From NCBI GenBank assembly GCA_965207065.1, contig OZ242260.1, positions 352,001-416,000 of the forward strand: DNA of 64,000 nucleotides, given 5' to 3'. Shown in pieces: positions 7,308 to 19,675 of the stretch; within the stretch, counting starts at the first letter, position 1; each line of letters begins with the position of its first letter. Under the pieces are notes generated by a model. The model did not search any database and was not told the origin of the DNA. It saw nothing but the letters and a program-made list of their open reading frames with translations. The position numbers and the translations under genes were made by a program. Source of the DNA: a bacterium. GTDB taxonomy: Bacteria > UBA8248.

Positions 7308-9227
7308 CTATTCCCTTAGTTTATAGAAGAAAATCTGGCTTTTCTCGCCGGTCAGCGGGCTCGAACTCGTCGCCGCAATTACGAGATCGTCGAAACCGTC
7401 GTTGTCCGCGTCGCCAAATGCGAAATCCACGATTCCCCCGCGCAGTTTTCTGGAGCGCCAGATCTGGGTCAAACCGCTGCCGTCCCATATCAGGCTCGCG
7501 ACCTGACCCCTCGAAACGCCCAGACCGGGTGCGATGCCAACGGCGTATTCGTTGCGGATCACCAGAACCTCGTCCACCCCATCCCTGTCGACGTCTTCGA
7601 CCAGCACGCGCGAGCGTATTGGGAGATCCGGCACATGAATCCTGTCACTGGTGTTTTCAGTATTGGCCTGGGAGAAAAATTTATGGACGGGTGCGCCGTA
7701 GGTTTCAGAACTCGAGTAAATATCCTGCCCACTCATCGAGAAAACCCTCAGCATGTCGTCCTTGCCGACTTCGATGACCTCCAGCGCGCCGTCCTTGTTG
7801 ATATCCCACAAGCCGAAGCCGAGTATCGACAAATCGGGCGGAAGCGCATAGGGGGCGGCAGGCGCGAGCTTTCCTCCCGACCAGCGATAGCTGCGAATGG
7901 GGCCATCGAAAGCCTTGTCGAGTCCTTCTTTCTGGCCCAGGAGCAGGTAGGCTTCTGAATCGGGGATTTTAGCGCCCTTCTTGGGCCGCCTCACTTGAAG
8001 CAGTCGGTAAAACGTCCTGTCGTTCCGGACGAGAGGCGTGAACTTACCATTCTTGTACTGCAGGACCAACGAGAACAACTCATTCGAGCGATAAGAGGCG
8101 AGGTAGAACTCGGGCGCGCCGTCTCCGTTCATGTCGGCGATATCGAGCCAGCGGAAGTCGTTCGCCGCCCCCTCGTCGAAGCGCGCGATTTCGCGCATCC
8201 GGTTATTCTCGAATCGGTTGACGATAACCTGAGTCTGCGTGATGAGGACGACTTCGTTCTTCCCGTCGCCATCCACATCCGCGACAGACATCCCCCGGAA
8301 GGTGACCTTGTCGAACGAGTAGCTTTTTTGACCACCTCTCCCACCTGCTACGCCCTCGCGAGCGAGCACGAAACTCTCGTTCGCAGGTCCTGCACGTCCG
8401 CCTCCCTCGCCGCGATTGAGGTCCTTCACTTGGGGCGGCAAGCTCTGATCGAAAGGAAGTTCATCCGCAATCGCCACGGCCTTGAAGAGTTCCTCCTTCG
8501 TGGTGAGGGACAACAGACGGGTGGAGAGGATTTTCTTACCTTTGATTTCGCGGAGTTCGTTCTCGAGGGCCATGTCGCCCCGAATCTGATTTCGCAGACG
8601 AATCGGGTTCTCACGTTTCAGAATTTCATCGGTGGCAATGCCAGTCTCAAGGAGCCATACCTGGAGCCTGTCCACGTCGTAGACGTCGAAGCGCCCGCTC
8701 CTCAGGAGTTGGCTTCCGAGTTCCCTCGTGAGCGTCTCCATGCTGATGGCCTCTTTCGTCTGGTTGACGAAAGGCAGTATCGCCATGCGAACCTTCGCGG
8801 CGGACATGCGCACCGTGTCTTTGATGCGCGGGGAGAGTTGTCCGCCCGGCGCCAGGCGGACCAGCCGGGCGATGGAGAATTTCTCCCGCACCTCGACGAC
8901 TTCGATCTCGCCGATTTCCTCTTCCAGCTTGCCGAGAACGACGCCCGTCGCCGGGTGTCGGAACGGCGCGCCCTCGCGGTAGACGCCGAGCTTGACGCCT
9001 TTAACAACCTTATCTTTCTCACCCAGGCTCAAGTAGAGGTCCGCACCCTTTACGGCGACCACCGCGCCGCGCAGATTCGGGAATCTCTGGTGCAGCTTCT
9101 CACTGATGAGGCCCAAGGCCTTGCGGTAATCGTTCTCCTGGGCGTGAGTCGAGCCGACGAATAGGCCGAGGGAAATCATGAGCGCCGGCAGGACGAGCGA
9201 CGCCTTCATAACAAAGTGAGAGAACAT
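7308..9227 (-). CDS. Exported protein: FlgT-C-like + CsgG/HfaB-like + FG-GAP/VCBS repeats
   Basis: Signal peptide; YLSLG..HPATGVVLG..GEIEVVEV (FlgT_C-like); MAILPFVN; repeated DVDGDG/DMNGDG/DINKDG/DADNDG motifs. Confidence 0.75.
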   Translation of the reverse strand: MFSHFVMKASLVLPALMISLGLFVGSTHAQENDYRKALGLISEKLHQRFPNLRGAVVAVKGADLYLSLGEKDKVVKGVKLGVYREGAPFRHPATGVVLGKLEEEIGEIEVVEVREKFSIARLVRLAPGGQLSPRIKDTVRMSAAKVRMAILPFVNQTKEAISMETLTRELGSQLLRSGRFDVYDVDRLQVWLLETGIATDEILKRENPIRLRNQIRGDMALENELREIKGKKILSTRLLSLTTKEELFKAVAIADELPFDQSLPPQVKDLNRGEGGGRAGPANESFVLAREGVAGGRGGQKSYSFDKVTFRGMSVADVDGDGKNEVVLITQTQVIVNRFENNRMREIARFDEGAANDFRWLDIADMNGDGAPEFYLASYRSNELFSLVLQYKNGKFTPLVRNDRTFYRLLQVRRPKKGAKIPDSEAYLLLGQKEGLDKAFDGPIRSYRWSGGKLAPAAPYALPPDLSILGFGLWDINKDGALEVIEVGKDDMLRVFSMSGQDIYSSSETYGAPVHKFFSQANTENTSDRIHVPDLPIRSRVLVEDVDRDGVDEVLVIRNEYAVGIAPGLGVSRGQVASLIWDGSGLTQIWRSRKLRGGIVDFAFGDADNDGFDDLVIAATSSSPLTGEKSQIFFYKLRE

Positions 9228-9445
9228 GAAAAAACCTCACACAGGCAGCATACTTAAGGTAGAAACTCCGGCAACACCGACACCGCTCCACAACGGAGCA
9301 TGGCTCCGGAAAAAAATCAGCCGTTATAAGTTATCGAAGACAGAAAGCCCCAAACATTCCCAAATATACCGCGTAAGAAGCAGAAAGCAAGCCTATTCAG
9401 TCCATACGAAAAGCCACTCCATCCCGGCGCAGGCTGTGTTTCGCC

Positions 9446-11341
9446 TCAAGGCCGCGTGAGTCCCAATTCCCTCTTGAGTTTCGGGTGAAGCGGCGAGCCG
9501 AACCTCTCGGCCTCTCTCCCATGTTTTTGGGCGCCTGCGCGGTCACCCTCCAGATACAAAGCCAGCGCCAGATTGTGGTGGACGCCACCGTGGCCGGGCT
9601 TAAGCCTCAATGCCGCCCTGAACTGCGCTATAGCCAGACGCCTCGAGCCCGACTTGAGGTAGAGAGTCCCTAAATTGAAGCGCGCCTCCTCCAGCGTGGG
9701 GTTGAGACCAATCGCGCGCTCGAAATGGGGCCTCGCCAAATCGCCGCGCTCAGCGCCCATGTACAGCGCTCCCAGCGCCAGATGCGCCTCCGCGTTCTCG
9801 TCGTTGAGCCGCAGAGCGCGCTTCAAGGAAATTTCGGCGGCGGCCGCATCGCCGCTTTGCATCTGCGCGATGCCTAAATCCACCCAGGCGTAATCGTAGA
9901 CGGGATAGATGGCGACGGATTTTTTAAGCGGCGCTATCGCCTCCCGGAACCTGTTCCGGTCGATCAGGGCCTGTCCATACACCCTGAGCGCACGGGCACT
10001 GTTCGGCGACACTTCCGCCGTACGCCGCCAGAAACGGAGCGCATCGCCCCACTCGTGGTTTCGCTTCATCGTAAGCGCGCCAAAGAGCATGCACACGCCG
10101 ACGAGCAGCGCGGCGGCGACTCGCCAGTCTCTTCCACTGAGCATCACACACACCGTAGGCGCCAGGGCGATGAGAAAACCGGCCGATGGGATATACAGCA
10201 CCCGCTCCGCCATGATGGTGCCCATCGGGATCAGCAGGTTACTCACGGGCAGGTAGGCGCCGATGAAAACGACAAGACCGAAGGCGACCCACGGCATTTC
10301 TTTCCTCAGACGCCAGGCAGAGTAGCCCCACGCCAGAAGCCCCAAAATACCCGCCGCCGCCCAGAGCATCGCTTCCGCTCCTTCCACCGGAATCTGTGCG
10401 AAGGAATAATCCATGCTCAACGGCCATGGCCAGAACAGGAGTTTGATATAGCGGCCCAGGACGCCGATGGCGCCGAAGATTCGCCCGCCTGCCGGCATCA
10501 GCGCCAGGACGTTGTCCAGTTTCGATGGCGGGTAGGGGCGCGCCAGCATCCCCAAGGCGGAATACCGCATCCACACATATATGATGAGCACGAAGGCGAG
10601 CGCGCAGACGGCGATGAGCGTGTTCCTGAGAGGCGGACGCTCCGTCTCTCCCAATACATACCGGCCCCAGAGCCACCACAAAAGAGCGGTGAACAGCAGG
10701 GCGACCCCGATTTCCTTGGACAGCAGCGCAAAAAGGCAAAGCGCGCACGTGAGGCCGACAGGCGCGAGTAAATTTCGATAAGGGGAGCTTCCTTCTCCTC
10801 CCCTATCGGAACTTCCCTGCGCTTCGCCGGGTTTCGCCCCAGGGAGCGCAACGCCCATCAATAGCCCCAATCCCCCGAACACGCCTATGGCGGCCATCAG
10901 GTCGGCGCGCGCGACGACGGCGTTCACCGCCTCGGTATGAACCGGGTGGAGGGCGAACAGCAGGGAAACGGCTCCCGCCGCATTGCGCGAGAGGCCGAAT
11001 CGAACGCACAGCCAGAACAACGCGAGCGAGGCAAAGGCGTGCAACAAGGCGTTGATGATTCGGTAGCCAACCGGATTCAGTCCGCCAAGTGCGTGGTTCA
11101 GCGCAAGGGAGGCGATGGTGAGGGGCCGGTAGAGGCGGTCTCTTCCCTCGTTCGTCTCGAGCACGGCCCAGTAGTCGCGCTGAAAAGCTTCCAGGATGCG
11201 GCCGCTCTCGCGGACCAGGGGATTCTCGCCGATGATGGCGATGTCGTCATGCAGAAACGGGTTCGAAAACGTACCGGCGAAGATGAAAAATGCGGCTCCT
11301 GCAATTGCGCAGATCCAACCCCATTTCACAAGCGAGTGCAT
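9446..11341 (-). CDS. TMTC-like GT-C glycosyltransferase with C-terminal TPR repeats
   Basis: HDD..I..NP, YRPL, LFALHPVHTEAV, LLSKE, AERVLYIPS motifs; multiple TMs; TPR tail. Confidence 0.85.
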   Translation of the reverse strand: MHSLVKWGWICAIAGAAFFIFAGTFSNPFLHDDIAIIGENPLVRESGRILEAFQRDYWAVLETNEGRDRLYRPLTIASLALNHALGGLNPVGYRIINALLHAFASLALFWLCVRFGLSRNAAGAVSLLFALHPVHTEAVNAVVARADLMAAIGVFGGLGLLMGVALPGAKPGEAQGSSDRGGEGSSPYRNLLAPVGLTCALCLFALLSKEIGVALLFTALLWWLWGRYVLGETERPPLRNTLIAVCALAFVLIIYVWMRYSALGMLARPYPPSKLDNVLALMPAGGRIFGAIGVLGRYIKLLFWPWPLSMDYSFAQIPVEGAEAMLWAAAGILGLLAWGYSAWRLRKEMPWVAFGLVVFIGAYLPVSNLLIPMGTIMAERVLYIPSAGFLIALAPTVCVMLSGRDWRVAAALLVGVCMLFGALTMKRNHEWGDALRFWRRTAEVSPNSARALRVYGQALIDRNRFREAIAPLKKSVAIYPVYDYAWVDLGIAQMQSGDAAAAEISLKRALRLNDENAEAHLALGALYMGAERGDLARPHFERAIGLNPTLEEARFNLGTLYLKSGSRRLAIAQFRAALRLKPGHGGVHHNLALALYLEGDRAGAQKHGREAERFGSPLHPKLKRELGLTRP

Positions 11342-11562
11342 TCTTCCTCTCTCATCAGCCGCCAGAACTATCGGGCAATCCGCCATGGCGAGGGCAACCG
11401 CCCGGAATAGTCGGTTTTCGCATGAAAAGGCTCCCGGAGTCGCGACCCGACCGTGGTAATCTCAGGGACATGCGAATCATCATGCCTCCATCATGACAAC
11501 AAAACTTCCGCCCCGCCACCAAGAAACCCAGACAAAATCGCCCTGAACGTTCTCTTTACCTT

Positions 11563-11591
11563 TTGACTCCCGGCGTGACGACTGCTAGTCT
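11563..11591 (+). promoter_or_regulatory. Sigma70-type promoter of the thiC leader
   Basis: TTGACT-17-TAGTCT just upstream of the riboswitch. Confidence 0.7.
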
Positions 11592-11605
11592 TTTAGATTG
11601 AAAGT

Positions 11606-11679
11606 TCGCTGGGGGTGCCTTGCAGGCTGAGAACAAACCCTTCGAACCTGAACCGGTTAGAGCCGGCGTAGGGAAGCGA
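11606..11679 (+). promoter_or_regulatory. TPP riboswitch
   Basis: GGGGTGC...GCTGAGA...ACCCTTCGAACCTGA...GGCGTAGGGAA consensus upstream of thiC. Confidence 0.95.
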
Positions 11680-11724
11680 CAGGTCTTCCACATCCTCTGG
11701 TTTCCCTTCGCCACAAGTGAATAA

Positions 11725-13581
<1,857 letters not shown>

Positions 13582-13607
13582 GCCGTCCGTAACCGACTCG
13601 ACGCATT

Positions 13608-13643
13608 AAACCCCGCCTGGGCCGACGCTCAGGCGGGGTTTTC
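13608..13643 (+). terminator. Intrinsic terminator after thiC
   Basis: AAACCCCGCCTG...CAGGCGGGGTTTTT. Confidence 0.9.
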
Positions 13644-13784
13644 TATTGTTCTAGCAAACATCGATATTGAAGTGTTTTTCGGCATCCCCATACCCTCATG
13701 CCAAACAAGCTCGTCACAAGTGATTCCTTGTCCGCGTGATTGATGCTAAATTCCTCTTATCGGACCGAGTCGAGGGGAGCCGTC

Positions 13785-14843
13785 ATGACGCTGAAAATGG
13801 GTGTGTGGGCGCCCGTGTGGGGCACGTTTCTGGGCCGTATCGAAAAGCCCGAGGAAGTGAAGGAGGCCTCTTTCGCCCACAATGCGCGCTACATTCAGCG
13901 AGCGGAGGAACTGGGCTTCGAGACCACCCTGCTGCTCGACAGGAGCCTGAACAGCATCAAGGGCCTGGGCGCGCCCGTTCTCGAGGCCTGGATCACCGCG
14001 GCGGCGCTGGCGCCCATCACGAAGAATATCGAACTCATCATCGCCGCCAAGAGCGCCTACCGCCACCCCTCGCTCGTCGCCCAGATGGGGGCGAACATCG
14101 ATTGCATCAGCGGGGGGCGCTTCGCCATCAACATCGTCTCGGGCTGGTGGGCGCTGGAGAACGAAATGGCGGGCATCCCCTTCCCGCCGCACGATGAGCG
14201 CTACGACCTCTCCGAAGAGGTCATGCACATCCTCAAATGCTACTGGACGAAGGAGCGATTCAGCTTCCAGGGCAAGTATTTCCAGATAACCGACGGCGTC
14301 ACCGCGCCCAAACCCGTCCGAAAACCCTGGCCCACGTTTTATTTCGGGGGCGAATCGACCGCCGCCGTGAAGCTGGCGGGCAAGGCCGCGGACGTCTTCC
14401 TGTTCAACGGCCGTTCGCTCGCGGACGCAAAATCGCTGATGTCCGCCGTGAACCATGAAGCGCAGGCAAACGAGAGAACCATCCGCCACGGGATGAGTTC
14501 ATTCATCGTTTGCCGCGACACCGACGAGGAGGCCCAGGCGGAACTCGACCGCCTTTTCACGCTCATCACCGAACCGCCGAAGCTAACGGGAGTCGACAGG
14601 GCCGCCCAGCACAGGAAAACGAGCGCGAAGGCGGGCGGCGTGGGCTCGAACGGCGGCACGGCGACGGGCCTCGTCGGCTCGCCTGAGACCATCGCCGAGC
14701 GCATCATGGCGTTTCACGAGGCGGGGGTGGAGTTGTTCCTGCTCCAGTTCCATCCCATGCTCGAGGAGATGGAGCGCTTCGCCTCGGAGGTCATGCCCCT
14801 CCTGCCCCTGGGCGAGAAAGAGCCCGAGGCGGCGGAAGCCTAG
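13785..14843 (+). CDS. Luciferase-like (LLM) flavin monooxygenase, SsuD/SfnG-like
   Basis: AEELGFE, LEAWITAAALA, SGGRFAINIVSGW, YFGGES, GLVGSPETIAERI. Confidence 0.9.
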   Translation: MTLKMGVWAPVWGTFLGRIEKPEEVKEASFAHNARYIQRAEELGFETTLLLDRSLNSIKGLGAPVLEAWITAAALAPITKNIELIIAAKSAYRHPSLVAQMGANIDCISGGRFAINIVSGWWALENEMAGIPFPPHDERYDLSEEVMHILKCYWTKERFSFQGKYFQITDGVTAPKPVRKPWPTFYFGGESTAAVKLAGKAADVFLFNGRSLADAKSLMSAVNHEAQANERTIRHGMSSFIVCRDTDEEAQAELDRLFTLITEPPKLTGVDRAAQHRKTSAKAGGVGSNGGTATGLVGSPETIAERIMAFHEAGVELFLLQFHPMLEEMERFASEVMPLLPLGEKEPEAAEA

Positions 14844-14850
14844 CCCGCGC

Positions 14851-15327
14851 TCACTCCAGCGATACGCGCGCGCCCAGCCCGAAGCCATTCCTCAAGAACC
14901 AGCCCTGGTTCACTTCCAGCACTTGGCGCACCTTGTTCCGGGAGCGATAGGAAGGAATCCGCGTCCCCGGTCTGTGGGGCTGTAAGTGTATGATTTCCAA
15001 CACCTCTCCGCTCTTGTCGATGAAGGCGAGCGACAGCGGAATCCGCGTGTTCTTCATCCAGAAGAACCGCCGCGCGTCCCCCTGGTATACGAAGAGCATC
15101 CCGGCGTTCTCGGCCAGCCGCTCCCTGTTCATGAGGCCCTGCGCGCGGGCTTTGGCGGTGCTTGCGATCTCGACCGGGAGCACGGCCTCGCGCCCCTCCT
15201 GGGTGATGCGCACCACCCCGCTTTCGAACGTCTGGGCGGCGGCGGACGGGGGCGCGAGCAGCGCCCAGACGAGCATCGCGGCGCAGAGGATGCCGGTTCC
15301 CGATACCATTCGCACGGATAACCTCAT
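14851..15327 (-). CDS. DUF192 domain protein with signal peptide
   Basis: VEIA..RAQGLM..GMLF..FWMKNTRIPL..VLEVN; start uncertain. Confidence 0.9.
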   Translation of the reverse strand: MRLSVRMVSGTGILCAAMLVWALLAPPSAAAQTFESGVVRITQEGREAVLPVEIASTAKARAQGLMNRERLAENAGMLFVYQGDARRFFWMKNTRIPLSLAFIDKSGEVLEIIHLQPHRPGTRIPSYRSRNKVRQVLEVNQGWFLRNGFGLGARVSLE

Positions 15328-15771
15328 AGATAACAGGCACTTGAATGAGCCGGCCGGGAGCGGCCCCCCGGGGAGATCCGGCCCCGCAACTCCCCGCATT
15401 TCCCGTCATCGAGCCACACCCGGATTATGGCAGAATTCTTCCTGTGCTGCGCACCGGCGGCGTCATTTCCCCCCGAAACAATTTGCGGTAATTTACCGAT
15501 AAACCCCGTGAATTTATCTGAATTCATCTAATTTTTCGGAAATTCATTTTCCGGTTCGATTTCTTTGCGCGTCGCCGCCTTGTCCGACGCGGCTCTTCAC
15601 CGCCGCTGGCGATTGCCCGGAATTGCGCGTGCGGTTTCCGATCCGATCAACCGCTCGCGGTTTTTCTGAATGTAGAGTGACCCCGCACCGGGCCTTCCAT
15701 ATGCGCCCGGGCCCCGGCGGGGGAGAATCCAGGCCGGAGAACGGCATTACGGCGCATCGTCGTTCGTCCGT

Positions 15772-16692
15772 CTAGGAATACCTTGCCGAGTGCCCGAGGA
15801 ACTCCAGGCATTTTTGCGCGAGGGGATTTCTTCGCCCCTTCTCGGTGAACATGCCGCAAAAATGGTTGTCGTATTCGACGTAGCCGTCGGCGAGTTCGAC
15901 CAGTGCGCCGGTGTCGAGGTACCGCTCGAACCAATGCTGCCAGCCCAACGCGATGCCGCGCCCGGCGGCGGCCGCCTCCAGCACGTAGATGTAGCTGTCG
16001 AGACCCATGTACCGGGGCGTTCGCGACGGCCGGCCGGCAGCCCTGAACCAGTCCTCCCAGGACGCCCAGCCCTGGTTGGGCCGTGTGAGGTCGAGAAACG
16101 TGAGCCCGCTCCAGCCGCTGACGGGCCCGTTCAGAATATCCGCATGGGTCTCGGCATAGCCGGGCGAGCAGAGCGGCCTCACCGCTTCCCTGATGAGCAT
16201 CACGCGATCTTCCGCCCCGAGGTTCGCTTCCCAGGCCAATACGATGTCCGCGACCGGCTCATGAGGCAGGTTCTGCACACCGTAGTGGTAGGTCAGGATG
16301 CGAATCTCGACATGCTCGCCGAGCGCCTCCAGCAGCTGTTCGTATTGCGGCATCAACAGGAAGTGGGAAATTTCATGAGAGCAGGTGATCACCACTTGTT
16401 CCCCGCCCGGCCGGGCGGCGACCTCGCTGGCGGCCGACCGGATGATGCCGAGGCCCGCGGCGACGGCGTCATGGAAACGGATTCCGGCATCGGTCAGGGT
16501 CACTCCGGTCCGGGAACGCTCGAACAGCCGTACCGAGAGCTGCTTCTCGAGGTTCGCCACCAGGCGGCTGATCGCGGGCTGCGAGGTGCGGAGTTCCTCG
16601 GCCGCATGGGACAGGCTGCCCAGCCGGGCCGCGCTATCGAAGGCCACCAGGGCGCTGGTCGCCGGAATTCGGGAAGACTTGTTTCTTTTCAT
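15772..16692 (-). CDS. LysR family transcriptional regulator (GcvA-like)
   Basis: N-terminal HTH AFDSAARLGSLSHAAEEL..QPAISR; substrate-binding domain. Confidence 0.93.
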   Translation of the reverse strand: MKRNKSSRIPATSALVAFDSAARLGSLSHAAEELRTSQPAISRLVANLEKQLSVRLFERSRTGVTLTDAGIRFHDAVAAGLGIIRSAASEVAARPGGEQVVITCSHEISHFLLMPQYEQLLEALGEHVEIRILTYHYGVQNLPHEPVADIVLAWEANLGAEDRVMLIREAVRPLCSPGYAETHADILNGPVSGWSGLTFLDLTRPNQGWASWEDWFRAAGRPSRTPRYMGLDSYIYVLEAAAAGRGIALGWQHWFERYLDTGALVELADGYVEYDNHFCGMFTEKGRRNPLAQKCLEFLGHSARYS

Positions 16693-17401
16693 ATCAATAA
16701 TAATATATCAAATGATTGAAAATGAAAATATCAGTATAATATGTATGCGATATATATCTTTATAGCGGTATTATCGTGCCTTTATCCTTATCAATATCGT
16801 TATATTCGAACACAAAAAAATCCGTCATGGTCCGGGGGGTGGAGACCCTGATGTTACCGATGGGAATAAAGCGAAACAAGCTGCCGGTGAGCGGATTCCG
16901 GGCGTGCGGCGCGCGGGCATGAGGCCGTCGGCGCGGAATATCCGCCGCAACCTCGGCATTCAGGAGCAGCCGCTCCACGTCCAGATATAAAAAATGCAAA
17001 AACATGAGTTGATTTTTTTCCGGCTATTACATATAAATTATGTGATATTAATATATCAACGAGGTATGTTGCGACACAATCCGAGATATAGGCAAGAACC
17101 CTGCAAACCCCGGACCGGGAGCGGGAGAAGGTGTACGCCAGGCTCCCGCCCGGGAACGGGGAAACGGTTTCCCGATTCTCCCCGGCGCTTCCCGAAATTT
17201 TCATCACCACTTTGAATGCGGGCTCAGGGTCGGCAGCCTCGCGTGCGAATGCGGTCTGTTCGTCGTGGAGCGGGGCTGAAAAAGCGGAGTGATGATACGG
17301 CTCTGCGGGAAAAAAGAACCGGTAGCGACAACGAATTGAGCGATGAGGACGAGACTGACGTTTCCTCCATCCGAAGCCTCGTCTCATCCGGCGCGGCGTT
17401 T

Positions 17402-17570
17402 TTATCTTATCCCCCCGAAGGCGCCAAGAATCTTCTCCGCCCGATCATCCAAGGTCCCCGCCGCTTCCTCGTGGTTGAGGCCGCAGAACCCCCCGGCCAC
17501 CTTCCCGTCCGCGTCAGTGAACCCGTTCGCCTCGACCGTCACGTCATAGGCCAGGCTGGATTTCCGCCAC
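17402..17570 (-). pseudogene. 3' remnant of a TbpB-like (transferrin-binding-protein-like) beta-barrel surface protein gene
   Basis: Manual translation ...LAYDVTVEANGFTDADGKVAGGFCGLNHEEAAGTLDDRAEKILGAFGGIR* resembles the GxFYGPxxEExxG...GAFGxKR barrel end; no start found. Confidence 0.55.
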
Positions 17571-17774
17571 CCCCTCAGCCGCGCCCGTTCGCATCGAAAC
17601 CCGTTCGGTGGGAGAATACGTCTTAAGACTTATGGAGCTCGCGCAAGAGTCGGGAGCGGCGCCTGGGTTTCCGAGCGGGTATCCTGACTCGGGTGCGCAT
17701 CGAGAGGACAGCCACCGGCGGGCGCGTTCGCGGGGCCTGCGTTTTCATCACGCCTTAAGCCTGGAGGAACTGCA

Positions 17775-18242
17775 ATGGCCGAAGATCATCATCATTTCAT
17801 GGGATTGACGATCGAGGAGTCGCGTCTTGCGCTCGAGGCGGGGAACTCCCCCGTCGGCTCCATCATCGTCAGGGACGGGGAAATCATCGGCAGGGGGCAG
17901 AACCGCGTCATCTCCCACAACGACCCCACCTGCCACGGCGAGACCGACGCCATCCGGAACGCATGCCGCGATCTGGGCGCGCCCGACCTGCCCGGCACGA
18001 CGCTCTACACGGCGATGGAGCCCTGCCCGATGTGCTGCTGGGCCATCGTCCTGGCGAAGGTCGAGACGCTCGTCCTGGGCGCGCGCCACGCGGAAATGGG
18101 GCGGACCGACTACGGAGACTATTCCGTCGAAAAACTCCTGGAGATGGGGAATCAATCCGTGGCGCTCGTCACGGGGGTCCGCGTGGCCGAATGCGAGGCC
18201 TTAAGGCGCAGCTGGTCGGGGTGGGTGGAGCCCACGTCGTAA
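17775..18242 (+). CDS. Nucleoside/nucleobase deaminase (CDA superfamily)
   Basis: HGE and EPCPMC zinc motifs. Confidence 0.92.
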   Translation: MAEDHHHFMGLTIEESRLALEAGNSPVGSIIVRDGEIIGRGQNRVISHNDPTCHGETDAIRNACRDLGAPDLPGTTLYTAMEPCPMCCWAIVLAKVETLVLGARHAEMGRTDYGDYSVEKLLEMGNQSVALVTGVRVAECEALRRSWSGWVEPTS

Positions 18243-18277
18243 CTGAAAAGAGCCGGAAGACAACGAGGAGAGAATTC

Positions 18278-19102
18278 ATGAGCCGCTGGATACAGGAACT
18301 GACCTGGCCGGACGTGGCGGAATACCTGGAGCGCGGGGATACGGCGCTCGTGCCCGTCGGCGCCACCGAGCAGCACGGGCCGCACTGCCCGCTGGGAACG
18401 GACGCGGCCGAGGCCATCGCGACCGCCGAAGAAGTGGCCGAGCGGGCGGACGCCCTCATCGCCGCTCCCCTGTGGTTCGGGTGGTCGCCGCATCATCTCG
18501 CGTTTCCGGGTACGATTTCGATCGCCGCGGAGACGCTCACGCGCGTCGTCGAGGACGTGTGCAACAGCCTCGTGGTTCACGGCTTCAGGCATATCGTTAT
18601 CTTAAACGGCCACCGGGTCGCGAACCTCCCGCCGATAGAGATCGCCGTCGTGCGGGTGAGGAATTTGACAGGCGCGGCGGTCGCCATCGTGGACTTGGCC
18701 CTCATCGCCGGCAAGGAGATTCGCGACGCCTGCGAGAGTCCCCCCGGAGGCGTAGGCCACGGGTGCGAATCCGAAACCTCCTTCATGCTCTACAAGTACG
18801 GCGAACAGGTCCGGATGGAGCGCGCCGTGGACGCAATTCCGGAGGTGGGCGAATTCGAGCACCGCTTCGTGTCCGTGGACCACGCCGTCAACCGGGTCGA
18901 AAACCCGAAGCTCTCCTTCCCGCCGACGATGGAGGAATACGGACAAAACCGCGAAGCGATGGGGGTCGGCGGCGCGGCCACTCTGGCGTCCGTTGAGAAG
19001 GGAGAGAAAATTTTCGAAGCCATCGCGGCGAACACCACGAGATTCGTCAAAACCTTTCAGAACGTGCCCGTCACCATCAAGGCGACCGCCCCGCCCCTTT
19101 AA
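18278..19102 (+). CDS. Creatininase family amidohydrolase
   Basis: PVGATEQHGPHCPLGTD, SPHHLAFPGT, LNGH, GHGCESETS. Confidence 0.92.
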   Translation: MSRWIQELTWPDVAEYLERGDTALVPVGATEQHGPHCPLGTDAAEAIATAEEVAERADALIAAPLWFGWSPHHLAFPGTISIAAETLTRVVEDVCNSLVVHGFRHIVILNGHRVANLPPIEIAVVRVRNLTGAAVAIVDLALIAGKEIRDACESPPGGVGHGCESETSFMLYKYGEQVRMERAVDAIPEVGEFEHRFVSVDHAVNRVENPKLSFPPTMEEYGQNREAMGVGGAATLASVEKGEKIFEAIAANTTRFVKTFQNVPVTIKATAPPL

Positions 19103-19132
19103 GGCGGAGGGGCCCATATTCGGTTCATGGGC

Positions 19133-19620
19133 TGCAGGGGCGGTTCGCGAACCGCCCACCCCGAAGAAACGGGCGCTTCACGAAGCGCCCCTACGGGTAA
19201 TGATGACCGAGGAATGAAGACGGCGCGGGGGCCTGTCCTGACGGGGGCTTCCTTCCAATTCAAATCGAGATTACTCATCGTCATTCCGGCTTTCGCCGGA
19301 ATGACGAACCAGAAAACGCATAGACCGTTTTTCGTAGGGACAGGCCCCTGTGCCTGTCCGAGGCCCCCGTTGCCCCTCCACCCGTATGCCATTTGGGCGT
19401 CAATGCGAATGTAGAGGCCGCATATGGGGTTGTTGAAAACCCCCGAGAAGGGAGTTCGCGGTTATTGTAGGTAGCGCTCCCTTATTGGGAGCGCTACAGA
19501 TATGCGGCCCTTTTGGTGGGAAATAAGTGCGGGGCGCATATATGCGCCCCCTACACATTCACATATGTCGAACCGAACTGCAGAGTCGGGGTTTTTTCAA
19601 CAACTCCCAAGGGGGGAGTG
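19133..19620. repeat. Cluster of GTAG- and CGTC-type REP palindromes plus MITE-like inverted ends
   Basis: GGGCGGTTCGCGAACCGCCC, GGGCGCTTCACGAAGCGCCCCTAC, CGTCATTCCGGCTTTCGCCGGAATGACG, GTAGGGACAGGC..GCCTGTCC, GTAGCGCTCCC..GGGAGCGCTAC, GGGCGCATATATGCGCCC; ends GTTGTTGAAAA / TTTTCAACAAC. Confidence 0.85.
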
Positions 19621-19675
19621 CTTCTTACTCCTTCATAAGTCGCGTCAAACACTCATCCATCAATCGTGTTTGCCC

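Noticed and set aside
16854-17626. ORFs 16854-17387 and 17216-17626 as the LysR target
   Set aside because: No protein-like features; only a start-less barrel remnant is recognisable.
19133-19620. Possible CRISPR array
   Set aside because: The palindromes differ from each other, spacing is irregular and no cas genes are present; they fit REP elements.
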